From positions 821,395 to 885,394 of the forward strand of contig OZ243944.1 in NCBI GenBank assembly GCA_965214295.1: a DNA stretch of 64,000 nucleotides, read 5' to 3'. Source of the DNA: Chloroflexota bacterium. GTDB lineage: Bacteria > Chloroflexota > UBA11872 > UBA12225 > JAJDUF01. This document shows positions 21,635 to 30,654 of this stretch, in pieces (positions within the stretch are counted from its first letter, which is position 1; every line of letters starts with the position of its first letter). Below the pieces are notes generated by a model. That model was given only the letters and a program-made list of their open reading frames with translations. It was not told the origin of the DNA and made no database searches. The translations under genes were made by a program, and so were the position numbers.

Positions 21635-22837
21635 TCAAGCAAAGGCCGACTCTCCCGTGATATCCCGCCCTACCGCCAGCGTGTGTATCTCGTGTGTGCC
21701 CTCGTAGGTATACACCGTTTCCAAGTTGACGGCATGGCGCATCACGCCATAGTGGAGGCGAATGCCGTTGGCGCCCAACATGGACCGCGCCGTCCGCGCT
21801 ACGTCCAGCGCCAGCGCCACGTTCGTCCGCTTGCCCAGGCTCACCTGCTGGTGGCGGAGTCGGCCGGCCACTTTGAGCCGGCCCAGTTGTACGGCGAGGA
21901 GCTGGCCTTGGGTGATGCCCGTCAGCATATCCACCAGCTTCTGCTGGGTTAGTTGGAACGCCGCGAGAGGCTTACCGAACTGTATCCGCTGCTTGGTGTA
22001 AGCCAATGCCGTCTCATAACAGGCCATCGCTGCACCCACCACACCGAAAATGATCCCAAACCGCGCCTCCGTGAGGCAGCGCAAGGCCGCGCCTAGCCCC
22101 ACCGCGCCCGGCAGCAGCGCATCGGCCGGCACGCGGCAGTCGGTGAAGGTCAGCTCCGAGACCGCCGCGGCACGCAACGAGAGCCGATCCTCGATGTCGC
22201 GAGTAGAAAAACCGGGTGCCAAAGCCGCACGGATGGTGCCAGGTGTGGCGCGGCTTTGGCACCCGGACCGGTCACGCTCGACGAGAAACCCGCGAATGCC
22301 CTCCGGTGTGCGGCCCCACACGACCGCGATGTCCGCCAGCGAGCCGTTACCGATCCACGTTTTCGTGCCGTTGAGCACCCAGCCGTTGCCATCGGGCGTC
22401 GCGGTCAGCTCCATCGCGCTAGGGTCCGAGCCATGCCTCGGCTCGGTCAGGCCGAAACAGCCGATCAGTGTCCCTCGCGCCATCTCCGGCAGGTAGCGCC
22501 GCTGCTGCACCTCGGAGCCATACGTGTAAATCGGGAACATACACAACGCGCTCTGAATGGAGAGAAAACTGCGGAGGCCGCTATCGCCCCGCTCCAATTC
22601 CTGGCAGGCCAGCCCATAGGCCATCGGCGTCAGGCCCGTCCCCCCCGTCCCGTCAGGAGGGAGCGTGCCGCCGAGCAGCCCCAGCTCGGCCAGCCGCGGG
22701 ATCAGCTCCGTCGGAAAGCGCCGCGCCTCGAAACAGGCCGGAATCAGCGGTAGCGCCTCCTCCTCCACGAACTGTCGCACCCGCTGTTGGAGCTGGCGAG
22801 CGTCGTCGGGTAGCTCGATGTCCAGATAGTTCAGCAT
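21635..22837 (-). CDS. acyl-CoA dehydrogenase (glutaryl-CoA dehydrogenase-like)
   Basis: 400 aa with ACAD N-terminal, middle and C-terminal domain signatures (GCFGLTEPRHGSD, TWIGNG, YEGTHEIHTL). It carries an in-frame insertion of the palindromic element at 22214-22264. Confidence 0.9.
   Translation of the reverse strand: MLNYLDIELPDDARQLQQRVRQFVEEEALPLIPACFEARRFPTELIPRLAELGLLGGTLPPDGTGGTGLTPMAYGLACQELERGDSGLRSFLSIQSALCMFPIYTYGSEVQQRRYLPEMARGTLIGCFGLTEPRHGSDPSAMELTATPDGNGWVLNGTKTWIGNGSLADIAVVWGRTPEGIRGFLVERDRSGCQSRATPGTIRAALAPGFSTRDIEDRLSLRAAAVSELTFTDCRVPADALLPGAVGLGAALRCLTEARFGIIFGVVGAAMACYETALAYTKQRIQFGKPLAAFQLTQQKLVDMLTGITQGQLLAVQLGRLKVAGRLRHQQVSLGKRTNVALALDVARTARSMLGANGIRLHYGVMRHAVNLETVYTYEGTHEIHTLAVGRDITGESAFA
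22214..22264. repeat. 51-bp palindromic element inside the acyl-CoA dehydrogenase CDS (in-frame)
   Basis: gggtgccaaagccgc-acggatggtgccaggtgtggc-gcggctttggcaccc; it encodes ...SGCQSRATPGTIRAALAPG... within the ACAD. Related copies are at 34504-34547 and 55309-55359. Confidence 0.8.
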
Positions 22838-22903
22838 GTCGTTGATCCTGTCTCGCTGACCGCTTGGTTAGCACTATCCAGAGGGCTACGGCATGCTGCG
22901 CCC

Positions 22904-23341
22904 CTACGACCGCAGCGGGCCGGGGCGCGGCCGGAACTTGGGCAAGGCTATCTCCGGTGTCACATCGTCGTACACCACCTCGACGGGCAGACCGACGTGT
23001 ACGTGTTGTGGATCGGGAGTCACCTCCACGAGATTGCTCATCATCCGCACGCCCTCGTCCAGCTCGATCAGGGCCACGACGTAGGGAGTATCCGCGCGAA
23101 AGGCGGGCGTGGAGTGGTAGTGGACAATCGTGAACGCATGCACCACTCCCCGACCGCTCACCGGCACCCACCCCAGGTCCCGGCTGAAACAGGCCGGGCA
23201 GTGCATCCGCGGATAGAACACGTACCTCCGGCACACGCTACACCGCTGGATGCTCATCGCATGCGCCTTAACGCTGTCCCAGAATGGCTGCGTCACCGGG
23301 TCGGGCCGCGGCAGCGGCTTGCTGTAGCCGTCGTCAGTCAT
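22904..23341 (-). CDS. Zn-ribbon/OB-fold protein (DUF35), thiolase partner
   Basis: C4 ribbon CSVCRRYVFYPRMHCPAC followed by an OB fold; it sits immediately upstream of an SCP-x-type thiolase, as is typical. Confidence 0.8.
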   Translation of the reverse strand: MTDDGYSKPLPRPDPVTQPFWDSVKAHAMSIQRCSVCRRYVFYPRMHCPACFSRDLGWVPVSGRGVVHAFTIVHYHSTPAFRADTPYVVALIELDEGVRMMSNLVEVTPDPQHVHVGLPVEVVYDDVTPEIALPKFRPRPGPLRS

Positions 23342-23555
23342 CGTGTCCCGTTCTCCACTCCGAGACCTTTGCATACCTCGTCATTCCCGCGAAAGCGGGA
23401 ATCCACCGAGGCAACTCGCACTCCGACTCGTCCACGGGTAGTCATTCCCGCACCAGCGGGAATCCACCGCCGTAGGGGCGCAACATGTTGCGCCCGTCCC
23501 CCCGCACAGCGGGGGGACCATAGGGGGGGCCGGTATTATCCTCACCATCTGGTGC

Positions 23556-24707
23556 TCACACCCCCAAGATCGCCGTGCCGGTTGCCGACAGCACCCCGCC
23601 GGTGCCGTGTACGAGCGCCAGCCGCGCGCCAGGCACCTGTCGCTCTGGTTGGCTGGCGGCAGCGTAGTCCCCCCGCAGCTGCCGGACCGCCTCGATGATC
23701 GTGAAGATGCCGAACATACCAGGATGGGTGTAGGACAGCCCGCCGCCCTGAGTATTCAGCGGAAAGTCGCCACCCGGGGCGGTGCGTTGGCCGGAGACGA
23801 AGGCGCCCCCCTCCCCCTTCCGGCAGAAGCCCAAGTCCTCCAGGGAGAGCAGCACGGTATAGGTGAAGCTGTCGTAGATTTCGGCCACGTCAATGTCACC
23901 ATGGCGGACACCGGCCATGGCAAACGCCCGGGCGCCGGATACCTGCCCTGGCCCCACCGTCAGATCGGGCATCTGGCTGATGATCGCGTGGTCGTGGTGC
24001 TCGCCAAACCCCAGCACGGCAACCGGCTGGCGCTGGGTATCTCTGGCCCGATCCTTGCCGGTCAGTACCACCGCGCCGCCGGCGTCCGTCACGAGACAGC
24101 AGTCCAGCAAGTGGAACGGCCAGCTAATCCAGCGGCTCTCCAGCACGTCGGCAATGGTCAACGGATCGCGCATCAGCGCTTTCGGGTTCAGCGCGGCCCA
24201 CTTGCGCGTCGCTACCGCGATCTCGGCCAGCTGCTCGTGCGTCGTGCCATAGCAGTGCATGTGGCGCGCGCAGGCCATCGCGTAGGCGCCCAGCGGTCGC
24301 GGCAGCCCCCACGGCTCCTCGAACTGTGCGGCGTTCCGGCCGTACAGGTCGGGCGGCGGACCGCTCTGGCGCGAGCGCCCGACCTGGCCATGGCTAATCA
24401 GCGCCACCCGACAGAGTCCGTTGGCGATGGCGCTCACGGCATGACCGACATGGATGACAAACGACGAGCCGCCGACGTTCGTCCCGTCGGTGTACGTCGG
24501 CCGAATACCGAGGTATTCGCCCAACTCGATGGTCGAAAGCCCGGCGGCGAACAGCCCGTCCACCTCATCCTTCTCGATACCGGCATCGGCCAAGGCATTC
24601 TGCGCCGCCTCGGCGTGAAGCTGCAGCGCCGTCTTGTGCGGCACAACGCCGAGCTCATCCGACTCGGCGACGCCGACGACGGCCACTTTCCCAGTCAGTG
24701 CATTCAT
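23556..24707 (-). CDS. thiolase-like protein (SCP-x / lipid-transfer-protein type, non-acetoacetyl)
   Basis: 383 aa; thiolase fold with catalytic-Cys region (VAVVGVAES...) and a C-terminal GG-rich loop; paired with DUF35. Confidence 0.88.
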   Translation of the reverse strand: MNALTGKVAVVGVAESDELGVVPHKTALQLHAEAAQNALADAGIEKDEVDGLFAAGLSTIELGEYLGIRPTYTDGTNVGGSSFVIHVGHAVSAIANGLCRVALISHGQVGRSRQSGPPPDLYGRNAAQFEEPWGLPRPLGAYAMACARHMHCYGTTHEQLAEIAVATRKWAALNPKALMRDPLTIADVLESRWISWPFHLLDCCLVTDAGGAVVLTGKDRARDTQRQPVAVLGFGEHHDHAIISQMPDLTVGPGQVSGARAFAMAGVRHGDIDVAEIYDSFTYTVLLSLEDLGFCRKGEGGAFVSGQRTAPGGDFPLNTQGGGLSYTHPGMFGIFTIIEAVRQLRGDYAAASQPERQVPGARLALVHGTGGVLSATGTAILGV

Positions 24708-25122
24708 AGCCTATACTGCCCCGGCCGGCCCCTCTATGGTTCCCTGTCAAGGGTAGTTTTGGGAGAGGGGCGCGATTCATTGCACCGCCCCGTCATTGCG
24801 GCGGAAGCCGCAATCCATGCCCCCTGACTGTAGCTCGGGGACGGTCCGTTGCCTCCCCTGGATCTTGCTCCGAAGGAGGGCTAAGGAGCCGACAAGGGTA
24901 GGTTTTTTGCGGAGGGGCGCGATTCACCGCGCCTACACGCTGGTCATTCCGCCTGCACCGGGTAGTCCAGGGGCGAAAGCATATCCCGTACCCCGCTACG
25001 GGGCCGGAATCCAGGACCATTCGTGGCCCCCGGTCCGTCTGGATGCCGGCTTCCGCCACCATAAGGGAGACCGAGGAGAGGTACGTAGCTCCACACACAA
25101 AAACCTACCCTTGTCAGCGAGA

Positions 25123-26103
25123 TCAATCCTGCTCCCAGAACCGCACCCCGGGCGCCACGTCGCTGCCACCCGCGGGAATTTGGTCGAGTACGCTGAACGC
25201 TCCCCCGACCGCAGGCGGCGGGTGCAGATCGCTGCCGAGGGTGGTCGGCACCAAGGCGCGTAGCTCCTCCGGCTCCCAGCGTCGTGAGTGCCGTAACCCG
25301 CGGATGAAGCGCGGCTGCGCCAGCAGTGCAATCTCGTAGCCAAAGCTGCCAAAGACCTGGCCGTTGACCGCTTGGGCCGCGTCGCTGGCGAGGTAGACCA
25401 CCAGCGGCGCTACGTTGTCGGGGTCGCGCTCCGTCCCGGCGGCCGTTTCACTCGGCCACTTCCCCGTCTGCTCGAACTGCTCCTGGGCACGCGGCGTCGT
25501 GTCAATCATCCGCGTGTCGGCGAACGGCATGATCGCGTTGGCCGTCACGTTGTAGCGCGTCAGCCCATTGGCACAGGACCGGATCAGACCCAGAATCCCG
25601 GCCTTGGCCGCACCGTAGTTGGGCTGTCCCGGCGCACCCAGCGCCGAGGTCGAAGAGAAGGCAATGATGCGCCCGGAGCGTTGCTGCCGAAAGCGCTGCG
25701 TGGCCGGATGAATCACGTTGTACGCGCCCTTGAGGTGTACCGCTATCACGGTGTCCCACTCGTCCTCGGTGAGATTGAAGATCATCCGATCACGCAAGAT
25801 ACCCGCCGTATGCACCACAATATCAATCTTGCCGAAATGATCCACGCAGTCCTGGACCATCTGCTGACCTTGGGCATGGTCCGTGACCGATCCGGTATTG
25901 GCAACAGCCGCACCACCGGCGGCGCGAATCTCCGCAACGACTTGGGTGGCCGGGCCACGGTCAGCACCCTCGCCCGTGAGTGAAGCGCCGATGTCATTGA
26001 CTACCACGCTCGCTCCGGCTCGCGCCAGCGCCAGCGCAATGCCCCGCCCGATACCCCGTCCGCCGCCCGTGACCAAGGCCGTCTTGCCCTCAAGCATGCC
26101 CAT
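25123..26103 (-). CDS. short-chain dehydrogenase/reductase (SDR) with about 65-aa C-terminal extension
   Basis: TGGGRGIGRGIA Rossmann motif, YGAAK catalytic motif. Confidence 0.88.
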   Translation of the reverse strand: MGMLEGKTALVTGGGRGIGRGIALALARAGASVVVNDIGASLTGEGADRGPATQVVAEIRAAGGAAVANTGSVTDHAQGQQMVQDCVDHFGKIDIVVHTAGILRDRMIFNLTEDEWDTVIAVHLKGAYNVIHPATQRFRQQRSGRIIAFSSTSALGAPGQPNYGAAKAGILGLIRSCANGLTRYNVTANAIMPFADTRMIDTTPRAQEQFEQTGKWPSETAAGTERDPDNVAPLVVYLASDAAQAVNGQVFGSFGYEIALLAQPRFIRGLRHSRRWEPEELRALVPTTLGSDLHPPPAVGGAFSVLDQIPAGGSDVAPGVRFWEQD

Positions 26104-26175
26104 CGTATCTCGCCCGTTTCCTCTCCGGCTCCCGTCTCGTCACTGCGGCGGAAGCCGCAGTCCAGGCCCCTTCCG

Positions 26176-27516
26176 TCATTCCCGCGCAAGCGGGAATCCA
26201 TCCGCACACTGCACAATGCCCTGCTCGGCCCATTCGGCCACCGTCTCCGGCGAGCAGCCCAGCATGTCAACCAGCACGGCCTCGGTGTGCTGGCCGAGCA
26301 ACGGCGGCGGTCGCGGCGGCGCGTCCGGGTGAGCACCGCGGTCGGCCGGCCGGCCATAGCGCCAAGGTAGCACCGTAGTAGGCACCGGGCCGATGGGATG
26401 ATCCAGCTCACGCACCAGCCCGCGCGCCTGCACTTGCGGGTGCGCCGCCACGCGGTCCATCGTATTGATCGGGCCACACGGCACGCCCTCCCGCTCCAAC
26501 CGCGCCAGCCACTCGTCGGCCGGCCGCGTCCTGAACAAGGCTTCCAGCTCCGGCAAAAGCTGGTCGCGGTGGCGCACCCGGTCGCCGTTCGTCGCAAAGC
26601 GCGGATCGGCGGCGAGGTCCGGCAGCGCGACGGCGCGGCAGAAATGCTGCCAGAGCCGGTCGTTGTTCACCGCTATGGTGATCTCGAACGTCGCTGTCTC
26701 GAAAACCTGGTAGGGCACAATATACGGCAGCGCATTGCCCATCCGTCCCGGCAGCTTCCCGGAGAGCAGTGTGCCGACGAGGTGATACCCGAGCAGGGAG
26801 ACCTGCCCCTCCAGCAGCCCCACGTCAATGTATTGCGCCGCCGCCCTGTCCGCGTGCGCGGCTCGCTCCCGCGCCAGCAGCGCCCCGAGCAGGGCGGCCA
26901 GCGCGTTGGTCCCGGCGAGAATATCCGTTTCCGCGACCCCGGCCTTCACCGGCGGTCCGTCCGGGTGGCCGGTGACACTCATCATACCGGCCTCGCCTTG
27001 CATAATCAGGTCATAGCCGGGTTTCCAGGCATCCGGCCCATCCTGACCGTAGGCCGAGATCGAGCAATACACCACGTTGGGACGGACCGCACGCACTGCC
27101 TCATAGCCCACCCCCAGCCGGTCCGCGACCCCGGGGCGAAAGTTCTCGATCACGATATCCGACTGCGTGGCCAGCTGGAGACAGAGCCGTACCCCCGTCG
27201 CGTCCTTCAAGTCGAGCGCCACGCTGCGCTTGTTGCGGTTCATCGAGAGAAAGTAGGAGCTTTCACCGCCGTAGAAGGGCGGGCCCCAGTGCCGAGCCTC
27301 ATCGCCGGTCGCCGGTCGCTCGACTTTGATAACATCGGCGCCCAAGTCACCCAGCAGCATCGTGCAGTACGGTCCGACCAAGGCACGAGTCAGGTCGAGC
27401 ACGCGGTAGCCGGCAAGCGGCAGCGCCGCAACGAGCGGCTGTGATGCGCCAGGTCTGCACCGCCTATTTCCAGTTGATTGTGCAGCCCTGGCGGCGTCAT
27501 GCGAAGAGAGACTCAT
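26176..27516 (-). CDS. family III CoA-transferase (CaiB/BaiF-like)
   Basis: LAGYRVLDLTRALVGPYCTMLLGDLGADVIKVE signature. The start is possibly internal, and the last about 8 codons come from a REP element. Confidence 0.85.
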   Translation of the reverse strand: MSLSSHDAARAAQSTGNRRCRPGASQPLVAALPLAGYRVLDLTRALVGPYCTMLLGDLGADVIKVERPATGDEARHWGPPFYGGESSYFLSMNRNKRSVALDLKDATGVRLCLQLATQSDIVIENFRPGVADRLGVGYEAVRAVRPNVVYCSISAYGQDGPDAWKPGYDLIMQGEAGMMSVTGHPDGPPVKAGVAETDILAGTNALAALLGALLARERAAHADRAAAQYIDVGLLEGQVSLLGYHLVGTLLSGKLPGRMGNALPYIVPYQVFETATFEITIAVNNDRLWQHFCRAVALPDLAADPRFATNGDRVRHRDQLLPELEALFRTRPADEWLARLEREGVPCGPINTMDRVAAHPQVQARGLVRELDHPIGPVPTTVLPWRYGRPADRGAHPDAPPRPPPLLGQHTEAVLVDMLGCSPETVAEWAEQGIVQCADGFPLARE

Positions 27517-27626
27517 AAGCTGGCTCTACCTTATACTATCCCGACCAGTTGCTCGTCGCCGGAGGCCCGTCACCCGTGTTCCTGGCCACCGGCTACTGAC
27601 CGCTGACCACTGCCCTGGGGGTTGAG

Positions 27627-28805
27627 GTGATCGTCGGAGTACCCGCAGAGACGTATCCAGGCGAACGGCGCGTAGCCCTGATACCGGCAGCGATGCCGGC
27701 CTTAGCCAAGGCCGGGCTGGAGACGCTCGTGGAGCGGGGCGCAGGGGCGAAGGCCGGTTATCCCGATTCTGCTTTCGAGGTGCAGGGAGCGCGGCTCGCG
27801 CCGGACCGGACTCAGCTGTTCTCCACGGCCGACCTGCTCGTGTACGTGCATGGGCCGGACACCGGCTCCACCGACCTGGACCTGCTACGCGGCGGTCAGG
27901 TCGTGATCGGGCTGCTTAACCCGCTGGGAGCGCCGGCGGCGGTCCGCGCGCTGGCGGAAAAGGGTGTTACCGCCTTTGCGCTGGAGCTGGTCCCGCGGAT
28001 TAGCCGCGCCCAGCCGATGGACGCCCTCTCGTCCATGGCCACCGTCGCCGGCTATAAGGCCGCGCTGCTGGCCGCCGAATCCCTACCGAAGATGTATCCC
28101 ATGATGATTACCGCCGCCGGGACCATCACTCCCACGCGGGTCTTCGTGGTTGGAGCCGGCGTCGCCGGTCTCCAGGCTATCGTCACGTCGCGCCGCCTCG
28201 GCGCGGTCGTACATGCCTACGACATCCGCCCGGTAGTGAAAGAGCAAGTCGAAAGCCTGGGCGCCAGGTTCGTGGAGCTTGGCCTGGAGACCGAAGGCGC
28301 CGAGGGTTCAGGAGGGTACGCCCGCGCCATGGGCGAGGCGTTCTATCGTCGCCAGCGCGAGGTGATGACCCAAGTGGTGGCCGAAAGCGATGTAGTCATC
28401 ACCACGGCCGCGATCCCCGGCCGTAAGGCGCCGACGCTCATCACCGCGGAGATGATCGCCCGGATGCGTCCGGGGGCGATCATTGTCGACCTGGCCGCCG
28501 AAGGCGGCGGCAACTGCGAGTTGACTCGGCCCCGGGAGACGGTAGAGGCCCATGGCGTCACCATTGTAGGCCCGGTGAACCTCCCAGCCGCCATCCCGTA
28601 CCATGCCAGTCAGCTGTACGCCAATAACATCGCCGCCTTCCTAGGCAACCTGTTTGCCAGCGGCCAGCTCCGACTGAACCTGGAAGACCCGATCATTCAC
28701 GACACCCTCCTCACCCACGAGGGAGAGGTCTACAACGACCGGGTGCGGGAGCTGCTCGGACTACCCGCCGCGAACGCGCACACTGCTGAAGGGAGTGGCT
28801 CCTAA
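27627..28805 (+). CDS. pntAA: NAD(P) transhydrogenase subunit alpha part 1
   Basis: Alanine-dehydrogenase/PNT N- and C-domains; co-linear with E. coli PntA residues 1-390. Confidence 0.92.
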   Translation: MIVGVPAETYPGERRVALIPAAMPALAKAGLETLVERGAGAKAGYPDSAFEVQGARLAPDRTQLFSTADLLVYVHGPDTGSTDLDLLRGGQVVIGLLNPLGAPAAVRALAEKGVTAFALELVPRISRAQPMDALSSMATVAGYKAALLAAESLPKMYPMMITAAGTITPTRVFVVGAGVAGLQAIVTSRRLGAVVHAYDIRPVVKEQVESLGARFVELGLETEGAEGSGGYARAMGEAFYRRQREVMTQVVAESDVVITTAAIPGRKAPTLITAEMIARMRPGAIIVDLAAEGGGNCELTRPRETVEAHGVTIVGPVNLPAAIPYHASQLYANNIAAFLGNLFASGQLRLNLEDPIIHDTLLTHEGEVYNDRVRELLGLPAANAHTAEGSGS

Positions 28806-29098
28806 TGGAAGAGCTGGACGTCTTTGTCAAGGCACTGACCATCTTCGTGCTGGCGCTCTTTGTGGGCTTCGAGGTCATCCGCAAGGTCCCACCGCTTTTA
28901 CACACCCCACTCATGTCCGGGGCCAACGCCATCTCCGGCATCACCCTGGTCGGCACCCTCGTGACGGCCGGCCAGCAGCTTACCCTCTTCACCACTATCC
29001 TGGGGGTGATCGCCGTAGCGATGGCGACCGCGAACGTGGTGGGAGGCTTCCTCGTGACCCACCGCATGCTAGGGATGTTCCGCGGACGGAAGACGTAG
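28805..29098 (+). CDS. pntAB: NAD(P) transhydrogenase subunit alpha part 2 (membrane)
   Basis: 97-aa three-helix membrane protein immediately after pntAA; the start overlaps the pntAA stop. Confidence 0.88.
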   Translation: MEELDVFVKALTIFVLALFVGFEVIRKVPPLLHTPLMSGANAISGITLVGTLVTAGQQLTLFTTILGVIAVAMATANVVGGFLVTHRMLGMFRGRKT

Positions 29099-29099
29099 C

Positions 29100-30500
29100 A
29101 TGCCACAAGCAGTCATAGACCTCTGCTACCTACTCGCCGCAATCCTCTTCATCCTCGGCTTACGGGACATGTCCCACCCGCGCCGGGCCGTGCAGGGCAA
29201 CCTGCTCGGCTCGGCGGGTATGCTCGTGGCCATCGTAGTCACCCTGCTGGATCGACGCATCGTCAGCTTCGAGGTCATCATCGTGGGGCTGGTGTTGGGG
29301 GCGCTGATCGGCGCGGTCATGGCCTACCGCGTCCCCATGACCGGCATCCCCCAGGTCGTCGCCATCTTCAACGGCTTCGGCGGTGGCGCCTCGGCCCTGG
29401 CCGTCGGCGCCGCGCTGGAAGAAGCACTCAAGGGCGGCTTCGTCGAGGAGATTTCGGTCCAGTTCACCGTGTCCGCCGTCGCCGCCGGGCTGATCGGCGG
29501 CGTGGCCTTGACGGGCAGCGCCATCGCCTTTGGCAAGCTCCAAGGCCGCATCCCGGAGCGGCCCATCCTCCTACCCGGCCGTCACGTCATCAACGTTGGA
29601 TTGGCGTTGATCTGCCTGGGCCTGAGCGTCTGGCTGATCCTGGACCCGACCTCCTCGGTACCGTTCTGGCTCCTGGTGCCCGTGGCTGCCCTCCTCGGCA
29701 TCTTCCTCGTGCTCCCCATCGGCGGTGCCGACATGCCGGTGGTGATCGCCCTGCTCAACTCGTACTCCGGCCTGGCCGCTGCGGGGCACGGATGGGTCCT
29801 CAACAACAGCGTGCTCATCATCGCCGGCTCCCTCGTCGGTACCGCCGGGTTCATCCTCACCGTCCTGATGTGCCGAGCGATGAATCGCTCGCTGACCAAC
29901 GTGATCTTCGCCGGCGTGGGTGCGGAGGTGGCTACCACGACCGAAACCGACGACATCTACGCCGGGCGGGTGAAGTCGGCGTCACCGGACGACGTGGCGC
30001 TGCTCATGGACGGCAGCCGGCGCGTGGTCATCGTCCCCGGCTACGGAATGGCTGCTGCCCAAGCCCAATACGTCGTCGGAGACCTCGTAGCTCTGCTGGA
30101 GGACCGGGGCGTGGAGGTGGAGTTCGCCATTCACCCCGTCGCCGGGCGTATGCCGGGCCACATGAACGTCTTGCTGGCCGAGGCGGACGTTCCCTACGAG
30201 AAGCTGAAGGAGATGGACCAGATCAACCCCACCTTCCGGCAAACCGACGTGGCGCTGGTCATCGGTGCCAACGACGTGGTCAATCCCATGGCCCGCACGG
30301 CCGACCCCTCGCTGCCCATCGCCGGCATGCCCATCATCAACGTGGACGAGGCCCAGTCCGTGATCGTAGTCAAGCGTAGCCTCAGCCCCGGGTTTGCCGG
30401 CCTCCCCAACCCTCTCTTTGCCGCCGACAACACCCTCATGCTCTTCGGCGATGGCCGGGACATGATCCAAGCCCTCGTCGCCGCCCTCAAGGAGTTCTAG
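29100..30500 (+). CDS. pntB: NAD(P) transhydrogenase subunit beta
   Basis: 466 aa; membrane domain plus NADP(H)-binding dIII (GYGMAAAQAQY...). Confidence 0.93.
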   Translation: MPQAVIDLCYLLAAILFILGLRDMSHPRRAVQGNLLGSAGMLVAIVVTLLDRRIVSFEVIIVGLVLGALIGAVMAYRVPMTGIPQVVAIFNGFGGGASALAVGAALEEALKGGFVEEISVQFTVSAVAAGLIGGVALTGSAIAFGKLQGRIPERPILLPGRHVINVGLALICLGLSVWLILDPTSSVPFWLLVPVAALLGIFLVLPIGGADMPVVIALLNSYSGLAAAGHGWVLNNSVLIIAGSLVGTAGFILTVLMCRAMNRSLTNVIFAGVGAEVATTTETDDIYAGRVKSASPDDVALLMDGSRRVVIVPGYGMAAAQAQYVVGDLVALLEDRGVEVEFAIHPVAGRMPGHMNVLLAEADVPYEKLKEMDQINPTFRQTDVALVIGANDVVNPMARTADPSLPIAGMPIINVDEAQSVIVVKRSLSPGFAGLPNPLFAADNTLMLFGDGRDMIQALVAALKEF

Positions 30501-30606
30501 GCCGCGTCCGCAAAGCGGTTGTGCTGGCGCATAAGGGGGGTAAGGGCAGAGCCGCAGCACGCTGCACCCGTCCTCCCGCTTCCGCGGGGCCGTCAACTGA
30601 CAGTCT

Positions 30607-30645
30607 CCCCCTCTCCGCATGGTGGAGAGGGGGCCGGGGGTGAGG
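30607..30645. repeat. palindromic repeat family ccccctctcc-N7-ggagagggggccgggggtgagg between convergent pntB and the aminotransferase (other copies 326-364, 12425-12467, 14696-14810, 21585-21629, 46319-46358)
   Basis: Hairpin-forming, positioned between convergent 3' ends; it may act as a bidirectional terminator. Confidence 0.75.
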
Positions 30646-30654
30646 CCACAACGT

